This document shows positions 14,721 to 25,960 of a stretch of 64,000 bases of DNA, one piece after another. Position 1 is the stretch's first letter. The number at the start of each line of letters is the position of its first letter. Source of the stretch: Chrysomallon squamiferum (Eukaryota > Animalia > Mollusca); the NCBI GenBank assembly GCA_012295275.1, contig CM022672.1, positions 35,712,001-35,776,000 of the forward strand, read 5' to 3'. The notes beneath the pieces are model-generated. The model worked only from the letters and a program-made list of their open reading frames with translations, was not told the DNA's origin and did not search any database. A program made the translations under genes and the position numbers.

Positions 14721-15287
14721 TAACTGAATAAGAGATTCTGTTTTAAATATCACTGTAATTATTGCTAACAATAAGAGTTTGATTTCTAAACTGGCCACTG
14801 TAAGTCGCACACCCAATCTACAGACTGTGTTATGTATAAATACCAACCTACACTGTTATGTTAACATCAACGTATACACTTTATTAATGTTATGTATAAA
14901 TAACCTAAATACTGTATTAAAAACCTACACATTATATTAATATTTTGTATTAATTCAAATCTACACGCTGTGTTCATGTATTACAGATAATTATCAGTCT
15001 ACAGATGAAAATATTATGTAGTAATATCAACTTCATGTTTTGTTAATGTGTTATGTTGCTAATACATCAATACAGTGTGTTGGCTGATATTATGTGCTAA
15101 TATTGCATTAATTTTGTTATGTTGTAATCAACTAAGTCCTAGCAATGTTAAGATCAAAATAATCTATTCTTCATGCTTCCATTATGCTGATAGTTTTTAT
15201 TTTGTGAATAAATTTTAATCAATAATGAAATATAAAAACAAAACACTGCAGTTAAAATACAGCCTGATTTTTTCTCCTGTTGTGACA

Positions 15288-15740
15288 TCACACATCTCAA
15301 GTTACTTCTAACAAGTTGTTAGTCAGCTTTGTGTGCAGTGACAGTGATTTCACTTGTAATTTACTGTTTTTACACACACACACTGACACATACACACACA
15401 CACACATACACACACACACACATCTCATGTTACTTCTAACAAGTTGTTAGTCAGCCTTGTGTGCAGTGACAGTGTGATTTCACTTGTAATTTACTGTTTT
15501 TACACTCACACACTGACACATACACACACACACACATCTCAAGTTACTTCTAACAAGTTGTTAGTCAGCCTTGTGTGCAGTGACAGTGTGATTTCACTTG
15601 TAATTTACTGTTTTTACACTCACACACACACTCGTCTGAAGTTACTTCTAGCAACAGCTGTTAGTCAGCTTTGTGTGCAGTGACACAGTGATTTCACTTG
15701 TGACAGAGTAACATGTTATTTACTGTTTTTACACACACAC
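15288..15740. repeat. Tandem repeat, ~110-130-bp unit ending in CA runs
   Basis: GTTACTTCTAACAAGTTGTTAGTCAGC...TTTACTGTTTTTACAC, 3-4 copies. Confidence 0.9.
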
Positions 15741-15871
15741 TCACGTCTTACAGAAACATAATAATTAGTCAACTGTATGCAGTACTACTTTGATTTGAGA
15801 TGAAAAGGGGTAAGCTTTATAAGGTATATATGAATGTGTGTGTGTGTGTGTCTCAAGACACTAAAATAACT

Positions 15872-16160
15872 ACAGTGATGTTAGACACACACTGTGAAGT
15901 TAAAACAGACATTAATCACACACTGTGAAGATAAAACAGTGATGTTAGACACACACTGTGAAGATAAAACAGTGATGTTAGACACACACTGTGAAGATAA
16001 AACAGTGATGTTAGACACACACTGTGAGGTTAAAACACAGTGATGTTAGACACACACTGTGAAGTTAGAACAGTGATGTTAGACACACACTGTGAAGTTA
16101 GAACAGTGATGTTAGACACACACTGTGAAGTTAGAACAGTGATGTTAGACACACACTGTG
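15872..16160. repeat. 33-bp minisatellite (ACAGTGATGTTAGACACACACTGTGAAGTTAGA)
   Basis: About 9 copies; ends ~14 nt from the donor at 16174. Confidence 0.93.
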
Positions 16161-16174
16161 GAGCTGATACTTAC

Positions 16175-16386
16175 CAGTGTGTGAGATGGAGTCCTCTGAT
16201 TCACTCTCTGATCCGGCTTTGTGGAAGAATGGTGAAGGCAAAGGGGAACTTCCGGCTGGCATCAGTTTTCTTCTCACTGTCGACTTCTTGTGACTGACAC
16301 TGGGTGACGTGTCACCTTCAAATGTGTCATTTTCATACACATCTACCGTCACAGCGGCTGACGTAACCTCATTAGTTATTGTCATT
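16175..16386 (-). CDS. CEP350: CEP350 exon (MTITNEVTS...SESESEDSISHT)
   Basis: ttaacag|A ... G|gtaagt; 212 nt, phase 2 to 1. Confidence 0.88.
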
Positions 16387-16836
16387 CTGTTAAAGAAAAT
16401 AAACAAGGAAATTATTTATAAAACTGTTGTCCTTGCAGAATAATTATATTTCTTTTTATTTACTCAACATACATAAAAAAATACTCTCAGATTTTATTTT
16501 TGTAAAAAAGCTATAAAGAAACCAATCTTTAAAAAAAAATAAAAAATAAAAATAGAAAAAATGAAAATGAATAATTCAGCCATAGAAAATAATTATATGA
16601 AAACATATGAAATTAATTTTAGTCCATTTTTTTACTTATTTCATTTTATTTATTTCAGTACTGAAAGTACAGTTTTAATGTCTTTTGATATTATATGCCA
16701 TTTGTTATATTATTATTATTATTACTGTTACAGATGATTAATATATTGATTACAATTTTTAAAACTATATTCCTATTTAATGAAATTTCAAAATTCTAAC
16801 ATTTGGATTTATTGTTATTATTATTATTATTATTAT

Positions 16837-18752
16837 GGGTCATTCCATGTCAAATCCCCCCCCCAAAAAAATATTTAGACCCGACCGTCTCAGATTTGTA
16901 TGAAACTTGGTACACTTGTTGACTGGGATTCCACAGCACCAAATCTGAAATTTTATGCCAATAGGACAAGTGGTGTGGGAGATATGGCCCACTAAATTTT
17001 GAGATTTTTGGCAAAAATGGGTGTGACCACTAACCTCTGAACCCCCATATCTCAGGAACTACTGGGCCAATCTTCATAAAATTGGCATTATTGAAAAGGC
17101 AATATGACAAGGATTCCAAATCTGCCATTATTGTGGTTCTATCCCTCTGTGATTATTATTTGGGGGTTACTGACCTGGAAATGACCTTTATTGAAATTTA
17201 ATCTCCCACATGTTAACTAAAACAAATAAAAGTTTCCTGGGTGTAATATTTTTTGTTTAGCCATAATATAGATTTAAAAAATGCATACCTGCATGGATGA
17301 TTGATACAGTGCATTACAATGTACATTTTCTACATGTATACACTTCTCTGAGACCTAAAACTCATCTCTGGAGTTAAAACCCACCTGACATATCTGAAGG
17401 AATGCCTGAAGGATGTGAAAAGATGCCAAATGGCATGACATGTTCTACACAATCAGGCTCAAAGGGTTAACAGGCATGTTGGAAACTCCTTGAAATCCCA
17501 TGGTGAAATCCCCATTGAGCACATGGCAATTAGAAGTTTAAGACAAAGAAGCTTCTTCATCTGCATTTCTTTGACAATCTGAAGCTTTCAAGTTGGACAG
17601 AATGTCGGATGTTGATATGTAAGTATTATGTTCTCTTCATAAAACCTATTAAGTCATTTTATCATGCCAATGGTTTTGAACAAGGTTTCAGTCAACAACA
17701 GTACAACCCAGTCTGAAATCAGACTTCATCAAGTGATGTACTGCATAATGTATTTGTACACCCAGTCTTCAGACACAGAGTATGAACAAGGTCTACCTTC
17801 ACTTTGATAAACTGTGATTTATACTTGAAAAGTTTGACCTAAATGCCCAAGGCTGTTGGGCCTTTGACAATGACACATGACAAAATATGGGACATCAAGA
17901 GTATCTGTTCACATCATAAACAAGAACTTTTAATCAAGTTTTCAACATTGCGGAAAAAGTGTTGTGATCCCCTTAATTTGGGGGTCACTAACCTTTTGAC
18001 CTTCGTTATGACCTTGAAATTGACCGTGTGGATCACGTGACCTTGAGATGACCTTTATTGAAATTTAATCTCCCACATGTTAACTAAAACATATAAAAGT
18101 TTCTTGGGTGTAATATTTTTTGGTTAGCCACAATATAGATTTAAAAAATACACATCCATGAAAATAACACCTTTTCTGCCATTAACATCTGATTAACTAA
18201 AACCTGAATGATCATCATTACTAGGAATCACTATCTTTCTTGATCACTGAGTAAAACATTGTAGGCCTACATGTATGCATAAAGTTCACATAAATTTGAG
18301 AGAACTAGGTGTTTCTGATGTTTAACCTTCTCACCATCTTTGTATCGAATGCTCACTGTATCCTTCATTCCTGGACACATTCTACTGTTCTCATCGCTTT
18401 CATAAAATTGGACTAGTTCCTCCTTCAATTCATTTGACAGAACTTTCCCTTGTTTCTTATCACAGAGGGATAGAACCCCAATAATGGCAGATTTGGAATC
18501 CTTGCCATATTGCCTTTTCAACAATACCAATTTTATGAAGATTGGCCCAGTAGTTCTTGAGATATGAAGGTTCAGAGTTTAGTGGTCACACCCATTTTTG
18601 CCAAAAATCTCAAAATTCGGGGGGCCATATCTCCCACACCACTTGTCCGATTGGCCTAAGATGTGGGATCCCAATCAACAAGAGTACCAAGTTTCATACA
18701 AATCTGAGACGGTTGGGTTTAACCCATTGGGTGATTTGACACAGAATGACCC
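16837..18752 (-). mobile_element. Non-autonomous DNA transposon, probably Sola2 type, ~300-bp TIRs, 4-bp TSD
   Basis: TTAT|GGGTCATTCCATGTCAAAT ... ATTTGACACAGAATGACCC|TTAT. TIRs at 16837-17153 and 18459-18752. Internal remnant VQFYESDENSRMCPGMKDTV...KHQKHLVLSNLCELY at ~18267-18455. Family call rests on recalled GRG termini, 4-bp TSD and this motif. Confidence 0.85.
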
Positions 18753-19282
18753 TTATACAATTGTTTTTGTGTTGATTTTTCTCTTTTGTCTTTTCTTTCA
18801 AATTCTTGACAATTTTTGTTGTTGTTGTTCTTTTGTGCCAAAATTTTAGATTTTATTAATGTTATCTGTGTCTGGGTTCATGCCACAGTTTAGTGGATGG
18901 TTTAGTGATATATCTTTTGAATTGTTTTATATTAACAAATTTTATTATCTTATAATAAAATTATTAACAATATTATGTAAAAAGAATCATGCAGACTACA
19001 TGTACAAGCTATATAATAAATAAAAATGTATTTTGATTAAGACACTGTTTTAAGGCTATCTCTCTCATATTCCAAAAATCGAAAAAAATTCCCAATGAGA
19101 AGCATTTCAGATAAAGAATACTCAACCTGTAACATTAATCCTTTATAAATGTTTCATTTTATTCCAATAAAAAGTTATTGAAATTCAACAAACTTATATA
19201 ATAATGATATAAATAAATGCAGCATAGTATGTATGACTGGTAATTGAAGTTTTCTGTGATTATTAAGAAAACGTTGGTTGAC

Positions 19283-19481
19283 CTTTTTTCTGGTCTTGTT
19301 GATGCATCCTCACTTTCCACGGACTTGCTGGAGATCTCCTCGGGGATTGACCCGTCGCTGTTAGACTCAGTCTCTGTCTTTTTACCCTCACACTGGACTC
19401 GCTCAGAGGCTGGTTGGGTTTTTGAAACGTGAGTCGTTGTCAAAGATTCTCCAATGTGCTCGGACATTTCATCAGCTAAAA
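19283..19481 (-). CDS. CEP350: CEP350 exon (LADEMSEHIGES...STRPEK)
   Basis: gatcag|TT (alternative AG 6 nt downstream, same phase) ... AG|gtcaac; phase 1 to 2. Confidence 0.85.
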
Positions 19482-19760
19482 CTGATCACAAAAACATTAA
19501 CTTGATTATAAAACTGTTTGTTTTGATAGTATCAGTGAAATGTAATTAAATGATTAAGATAATTCACATAAGTATAAATTGAGAAATCAAATGTCATATA
19601 AAACAGTATTATAATAAAAAAATATAAAAAAATAAAGTAATAATAACAATAATAAATAAATAGATGTTTTTTCATAGCTTTTGTATCACTTTACTCAATT
19701 TATTTCTTGTGGAGAGAGATTCTTTCTTTTTTTTCTTTATTGTCTTAGAAGATTCAACTG

Positions 19761-20053
19761 CAGATGCAGTGTTAAACTGTGTAGCATGATGCAGACTGTT
19801 CAAACTTACTTAGATAAATTAATTAAATTAAAAACCTTTCTTCTCCTCTCTGGAAACTCCAGATGCAGTATTAAACTGTGTAGCATGATGCAGACTGTTC
19901 AAACTTACTTAGATAAATTAATTAAATTAAAAACCTTTCTTCTCCTCTCTGGAAACTCCAGATGCAGTATTAAACTGTGTAGCATGATGCAGACTGTTCA
20001 AAGTTACTTAGATAAATTAATTAAATTAAAAACCTTTCTTCTCCTCTCTGGAA
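19761..20053. repeat. 99-bp tandem triplication containing the exon donor and the last ~20 nt of the exon
   Basis: Copies start at 19761, 19860 and 19959; donor motif at 19835, 19934 and 20033. Confidence 0.93.
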
Positions 20054-20242
20054 GGTCGGCCACGTCGCGAAGGAGGTCGTTCAGGACTTCTGGGATACGG
20101 TGTTTTCACGTTCCACTTTTTGGCCTCTCTCTCCAGAGCAATGACATTGCGCTCTTCCTCATCCAGTCTCATCTTCCACGCAAGAAGATCTTCTGCATTC
20201 TTCCTTCTGTCAAACAGATTGTGCTCTCTAACTGTGAGAAAC
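20034..20242 (-). CDS. CEP350: CEP350 exon (FLTVREHNLFDRRKNAEDLLAWKMRLDEEERNVIALEREAKKW)
   Basis: tcgcag|G ... AAG|gttttt; 209 nt, phase 2 to 1; matches the recalled 'AEELLEWKRRLDAEE' block. Confidence 0.92.
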
Positions 20243-20823
20243 CTGCGAGAAAACAAAACACACATAGCTATAATGAACACTTGTGTATGAACACTTGTGA
20301 ACAAAGGATATGGAAAAGAAGTTAGTGATTGCTGTTGCTATTTATTGAAATTATAATTACTGTTATTAATAACATGACACTTTTTTCTTTTTAATCTATT
20401 TTGTTTTTGTTACAAGCATTGTCATCATCATCGTTTATGTTTATTATTATTATTAGAACTGTTTTCATTATTATTGTTGTTGTTGATATTTACATTGCCA
20501 GTGTATTATAGAAAGTAAAACATACAATTAAAAAATAAGTAAAATTAAAAAAAAACTTCATGTTTTTGGTCATGGATTAATTAACTTCTAAATTTCTTTT
20601 CTTCTTTCTTTTTTGATTGAAATTCTATTTTATTATTATTATTCAGATAAATTAAAATATACTTAACCATGGAAAGCCTACAGTATAACAAACAACAACA
20701 ACAACAATAATAAAATAACATAACTGTAGTAGTAGTAATAAAAATACAGTGATAATAGTAATAATAACAACATCATAACAAAAGTGAAGATAACAAAGAC
20801 ACACCTGTGATTAATAAACTTAC

Positions 20824-20923
20824 TTTTGATCAAGTCTCAGTTTCTGTTGTTTTACTATTTTCTGCTTGTCGCCTTTTGCTTTGTGCTCAGAAGATTTGTA
20901 CACTTCAGAGTCAGACTTAGACT
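20824..20923 (-). CDS. CEP350: CEP350 exon (SKSDSEVYKSSEH...LRLDQ)
   Basis: ttcacag|AG ... AA|gtaagt; 100 nt, phase 1 to 2. Confidence 0.88.
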
Positions 20924-21336
20924 CTGTGAAGAAAACAAACTTTTTACAACTCTTTTTGTATCTACAACAAATGCAGCATTTAAAACTTCTCTGGTGATCT
21001 AGGCAGTCTGTGTGTGTGTGTCTGATATACACATAAGTATATATATATATCTGTCTATCTGTTGCACACACACACAAACAGTGACAAGAGATGAATTATA
21101 AACATATTAAAAACACGAATGTTTTTTCTTTTTTTTTTTTTTTTTCCATCTATTATTTTCCATCTGATTTTCCATCAGAAATATTAAAAATTAATAACTG
21201 GCATTGTTATGATTATTTTAAGTAAAAAATTTTAAACTGATTTGAAATTAAAGACTACTTAACTTGGACAAATACTATACTAAGCTTTTGAATGAGAATA
21301 TTCAGTGATATACATTCAAATGCACATAATACAAAC

Positions 21337-21367
21337 CTTTACTGTTATCACCAATGTCATCTTCAAA
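21337..21367 (-). CDS. CEP350: CEP350 31-nt micro-exon (FEDDIGDNSK)
   Basis: atttcag|TTT ... AAG|gtttgt; supplies the phase 0 to 1 change needed between its neighbours. Confidence 0.72.
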
Positions 21368-21888
21368 CTGAAATTAATAAATTACAATACTATCAGACAT
21401 AAATAGAAAAACATGTTTGTTTAATACTTTTCTTATAAAGGATTTTACCTGTGGGGTTTTATTTATCTTAATAATTGATTAGAAAACTCACTGCAAGACT
21501 ATCATGTAAATTCCTTCTTTTTTTTTTTTAATGTTATAACTTATATAGATATATACTGAAATTATACTATTGATTCTCTAAATATCACCTTTTAGTTTAT
21601 TTATTTTTTACATTTCTGGACTATGGTTCTGTTTTAATTAGGTAAAGAGAGAAGATGAAAATAACACCGAAGAATCAAATTATATAAAAATATAATTTTT
21701 TTTATCAATAATGTTCCAAGAATTAAATATTAATTTTTAAAATAACATAATAGTAATAATGAGAAAAAGAAAAAGAAAAAGAAGAATAAGAAGATGAATT
21801 TTTTAAATCAATATAATTTTTTTTAACATGTACTCTGTATGAAAAACATTATGACATTCTTTAATCATTATTACTGTCACTACTTTAC

Positions 21889-21933
21889 TTGAGATTTTGT
21901 TTTCAATATGTCTGTTGTTGTTGTTCCAGAGGT
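21889..21933 (-). CDS. CEP350: Possible 45-nt cassette exon (TSGTTTTDILKTKSQ)
   Basis: aaatag|ACC ... CAA|gtaaag; symmetric phase 0, not required for frame; a competing AG lies 6 nt upstream. Confidence 0.4.
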
Positions 21934-22058
21934 CTATTTCTGAAAAGTAAAACAATTAAAAAAATCTACTCTTGTGTATTTCTTATGTGGTATTGCTTGT
22001 TCTTACTTTAAGTATTTATGTCAGTTTATTAATAATTCAAGTGATTGGTTTTACATAC

Positions 22059-22133
22059 AGCACTGACTTCGTCCTCTGTGTGCACCTCTTTAGGTCGAGT
22101 TAGTCGACCAGCTGAAACATGTGGCTTGATATC
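22059..22133 (-). CDS. CEP350: CEP350 exon (DIKPHVSAGRLTRPKEVHTEDEVSA)
   Basis: tttacag|GAT ... GCT|gtatgt (alternative GAA|gtcagt); only the phase 0 frame is open. Confidence 0.75.
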
Positions 22134-22602
22134 CTGTAAATCAAATCTGTCTTTTAACAAAGAAACAACATGAAGAAATTCTACACTTGAGAAATGTACA
22201 CATAGTTTTAAAAAATGCTTAACTGATATTTAACTGATTTATAATCATGTTTGTAATTCACTTCATATATAATATAATATAGAATTAAAAAATAATAAAT
22301 TCTTTTATACATTTTTCATTTTGCAGAAGCTTTAGTAATAAGGATAAATTTGTATAAATATTGGTATCTACTAATTTGAAGTATGAATTCTAATCTTTTA
22401 TTAAACACTGACTAATTTTATTAAACACTGACTAATTTTATGGAAACAACTTCAAAGTAAATTTATTTAAACGATTCTAACTTCCAAAATTAATAAAAAT
22501 ATCAACTACACTTTTAAATAACATTTAAAATATTCTGAAAACATTTTATTTCAATGTTCTGTGATTTATTCAAACAACTTTAAGTAAAGTTGTAAAACGT
22601 GC

Positions 22603-22707
22603 CTGTTTAGAAATGTGTTTGTGAGTCATCAGTTCGTGCTGCTGTAACATCAACTGCCGCTCTTTGTTTGCCTTCTTGTTGGCTTCCTGAAGTCGATGAA
22701 TTTCAGC
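22603..22707 (-). CDS. CEP350: CEP350 exon (AEIHRLQEANKKANKERQLMLQQHE...), GC donor
   Basis: ttattag|GCT ... CAG|gcacgt; 105 nt; matches the recalled 'AEIKRLQEANKAARKERQLIL'. Confidence 0.88.
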
Positions 22708-22939
22708 CTAATAAAAAATATTTTATTTATTAATAGTAAAACAATATTTTCAATATTTGTAAACACTTCACAAAAAGTTTAGATTATTAAATAATTTTTA
22801 ACCAATGTAATTTAAAAACACAAAGTCAATGAATTTCAGCCTAATTAAAAAACATTTATTTATTAATAGTTAAAAAATATTTTCAGTATTTGTAAACCCT
22901 TCACAAAAAGTTTAGATTATTAAATAATTTTTAACCAAT
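22691..22939. repeat. 133-bp tandem duplication containing the exon acceptor and the first ~17 nt of the exon
   Basis: 22691-22806 versus 22824-22939; second AG at 22841-22842. Confidence 0.9.
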
Positions 22940-23481
22940 AAGTTTTAAAAACATTTTTTAATACCAGCTAAAAAAAACCAGAAAAGAATAAAAATAAATT
23001 ATAATAATAAACACTGGAGTTTGATCAGTTCAACAACAGTTTTGAATCAAACTGCTCTACAAAAAATCCTCTCACTGCTAGATAAACAAATGCCATCAGC
23101 TTAGTTATAAATAATTTTTTTCTCTTACTTGCTGTACACAATTAACACTAATAACGAAGCCCAAGACTTTGTGATGGATGGAATACAGGGGGTAATCGTT
23201 CATAGATTTACAAGAGGGACACTTTTATTATTTACAACCAAGTTACAATGGCCAATATTTAAGCAAAATGTGAAACTGCATTTTGACCAAAAATGTCAAT
23301 TATGTTTTTTATTTTTTGTTATTTCCAGCCACAGAAATAATCAAAATGGTAGGGAATAGAAATTGTTTTCATATTGCCTGCAGTCTATTGTTGTTGTTGT
23401 ATACATTTCTGTGAAGGTTAACTTAAATACTGTTAAAACAATCGATGCTATTTTGTAAACAGACAGACACAAATATCCAAC

Positions 23482-23774
23482 CTCCTGCTCTTTCTGTCTC
23501 TTCTTGATCATCTTCTCCTGTTTGAGGATTCTGGGATAGGCGTCATCGAGACCTTTCTTCTTCAGGTTCTGTTTCTGCTGGTTGATCCACGCCAGTTCTG
23601 CTTTCGTCTTCTCTTTCAGCGCTTTCTCTCGCAGTCTCAGAACTGCCGCTTGATGTTCTGTGCGCATCAAGTCGTCATGCATGAACTGTCGAACCATGTC
23701 TGCTGTGAACTTCTTGAAGCTGTCCTCGCCAACAAAGAGTGAGGAAATATCCCCAACAGACTGAGTACCTGAGA
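23482..23774 (-). CDS. CEP350: CEP350 exon (GEDSFKKFTADMVRQFM...LRLREKALKEKTKAELAW...DDAYP)
   Basis: ttccag|TC ... GAG|gttgga; 293 nt, phase 1 to 0; strongly conserved CEP350 block. Confidence 0.95.
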
Positions 23775-23948
23775 CTGGAAAAAAAAAAAAAAAAAAAAAA
23801 AAAATTATACACCATTATAAAAATCATGTATGATTATTTTGGTAGACTGGATGTTTTTCAGATATAAAATCATGTTATTTTAATAATATAAGATTATTAT
23901 AAAAGTCTTTTATTATTATTATAAAACATCAGTTCTACATTTCTACAG

Positions 23949-24155
23949 TTGGGTTGAAGAATAAATCATTGCATTTCATAACTGATTCAGATTTAGTTCC
24001 AGACAACAAACTGGTTGACTGTTGGGAAGAAGTGGTAAATAACGATGGAGAATGCATTACTGATTAAATTTCAACTTGTTATCAATTAAGCTTAACATTT
24101 CTTTTATGTAATGATTAAATTTAATTTAACCGCAATAACTTATTCCTCAACTCAA
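23949..24155 (+). mobile_element. Mariner relic (~207 bp): both TIRs plus transposase C-terminal remnant
   Basis: TTGGGTTGAAGAATAAATCATTGC ... GCAATAACTTATTCCTCAACTCAA|TA; internal KLVDCWEEVVNNDGECITD* resembles the mariner tail 'KL..RW..VV..DG.Y..D*'. Confidence 0.8.
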
Positions 24156-24271
24156 TAATTTTGATCAGCAATAAACAGTTATGACTGTATGATGACTGAT
24201 TTATTAACTAATTATTCTTTTCTTAATATTAATTATTATCATTATTTATTTAGAATCTGTCAGAAAGTTAC

Positions 24272-24406
24272 TGTCGTTGGCTGCCGTGTTCTGATCAGAT
24301 CTTCTTTTCTTCACTTCTTTGCGGTGACTCTCAGACGGCAGAACTTGCCAGAATGACTCGTCTTCTGTGAGCGATTCTTCATTTGCAGACTGAGAGTAAT
24401 CAGCTA
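24272..24406 (-). CDS. CEP350: CEP350 exon (DYSQSANEESLTEDESFWQVLPSESHRKE...)
   Basis: gtttcag|TAG (tandem acceptor) ... A|gtaact; 135 nt, phase 1 to 1; LPSESHR motif. Confidence 0.92.
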
Positions 24407-24788
24407 CTGAAACAGCACATCAGACTCAGTAAGGTAAGGATGATCAGTTTGACAAAACAATGGTCATGAGAATGAAAGGCAATTTAATAACAGCTTATCT
24501 CTCAGCATATTATATTATTATTATCTGTGCCGTAGTTACTTTTTTGACAAAACACTGTTAAAAAAGAGTAACCGTTACAAATCAATACTAATATTTATTA
24601 AACTCTTTTCAACACACACACACACACACAAATTAAAATAAAATAAAATTTAAAACAAATAAAATTACATCACCATTTTCGATAAAAGTCAAAGACATAT
24701 TTGAAATGGGAACAACTTAACATCCAAATATCAATTATGGTTAACGAATACCATTTCTCCACTAGAAATTACTGGTTTTTGACTGCTT

Positions 24789-24915
24789 AGACAGTCATGT
24801 TATTAAGTAATTATTTACCTTGTATATCCTCAGAAACAGTTTCTGTTTTTAACTGTGTAGACAGCCATGTTATTAAGTAATTACTTACCTTGTATATCCT
24901 CAGAAACAGTTTCTG
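24789..24915. repeat. 70-bp tandem duplication containing the exon donor and 27 nt of the exon
   Basis: Donors at 24818 and 24888; CTTGTATATCCTCAGAAACAGTTTCTG occurs twice. Confidence 0.9.
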
Positions 24916-25016
24916 CTTTAGAATCGTCAACAACGTCGTTGTCACTCAGTGTTCTGATGGACGACTCTGTGTCAGTGTCGTTAATCGAATCATCGGCAGT
25001 TTTAACACTTGCTGAT
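24889..25016 (-). CDS. CEP350: CEP350 exon (SASVKTADDSINDTDTE...ETVSEDIQ)
   Basis: catcag|A ... AAG|gtaagt; 128 nt, phase 2 to 1. Confidence 0.88.
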
Positions 25017-25023
25017 CTGATGT

Positions 25024-25960
25024 GACAAAATATTAGTTTTATAACTACTGACACTCAAATGTTACAACTACCATTAATAACACAAATAACATAAAATATT
25101 AGACAAAATATTAGTTTTATAACTACTGACACACAACTACCACTAATAACACAAATAACATAAAATATTAGACAAAATATTAGTTTTATAACTACTGACA
25201 CTCAAATGTTACAACTACCACTAATAACACAAATAACATAAAATATTAGAGAAAATATTAGTTTTATAACTACTGACACACAACTACCACTAATAATACA
25301 AATAACATAAAATATTAGACAAAATATTAGTTTTATAACTACTGACACACAACTACCACTAATAATACAAATAACATAAAATATTAGACAAAATATTGGT
25401 TTTATAACTACTAACACAAATGTTACAGCTACCACTAATAATACAAATAACATAAAATATTAGACAAAATATTAGTTTTATATCTACTGACACTGAAATG
25501 TTACAACTACCACTAATAACACAAATAACATAAAATGAAAAATATTAGTTTTATCACTAGACAATGATCCAAATAACACAAATAAACAAAAAATAAACAA
25601 AAAATAAATAACTTTATAACTAAATAAAAAATAAAAACTACCATTAATAATACAAATTTAAAATATTTGTGGTTGTTTTAGTTTTATAAACAGGAACTAA
25701 ATCTGCATATCTCCATTAATAATAAAATAACATAAAATTTTAAAATAAAATATTATGTTTAACTATATAACAGAAGAAATGTCATACCTTAATACAAATA
25801 ACATTTAATATTAACAAAATATTGGTTTTATAACTACTAAACAAATGTTACAAACTCCACTAATACACAAACAACATTTAATATTAGACAAAATTTAGTT
25901 TTTAACTACTGACATTCAAATGTTACAACTACCACTAAAAACACAAATTACATAAAATTT
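25024..25960. repeat. Minisatellite, ~65-80-bp unit (GACAAAATATTAGTTTTATAACTACTGACAC...)
   Basis: Starts a few nt from the acceptor at 25017; clean to ~25560, then mixed with other sequence. Confidence 0.88.

Noticed and set aside
18267-18849. Active transposase gene
   Set aside because: Only a short remnant running into the TIR; no catalytic domain ORF
19681-20325. 214-aa plus-strand ORF with 33-aa repeats
   Set aside because: Produced by the 99-bp triplication plus the antisense of an exon
21889-21939. 51-nt exon using the upstream AG
   Set aside because: Gives AAA TAG in the incoming phase 0; a phase-1 join would need a poor donor or create TAA
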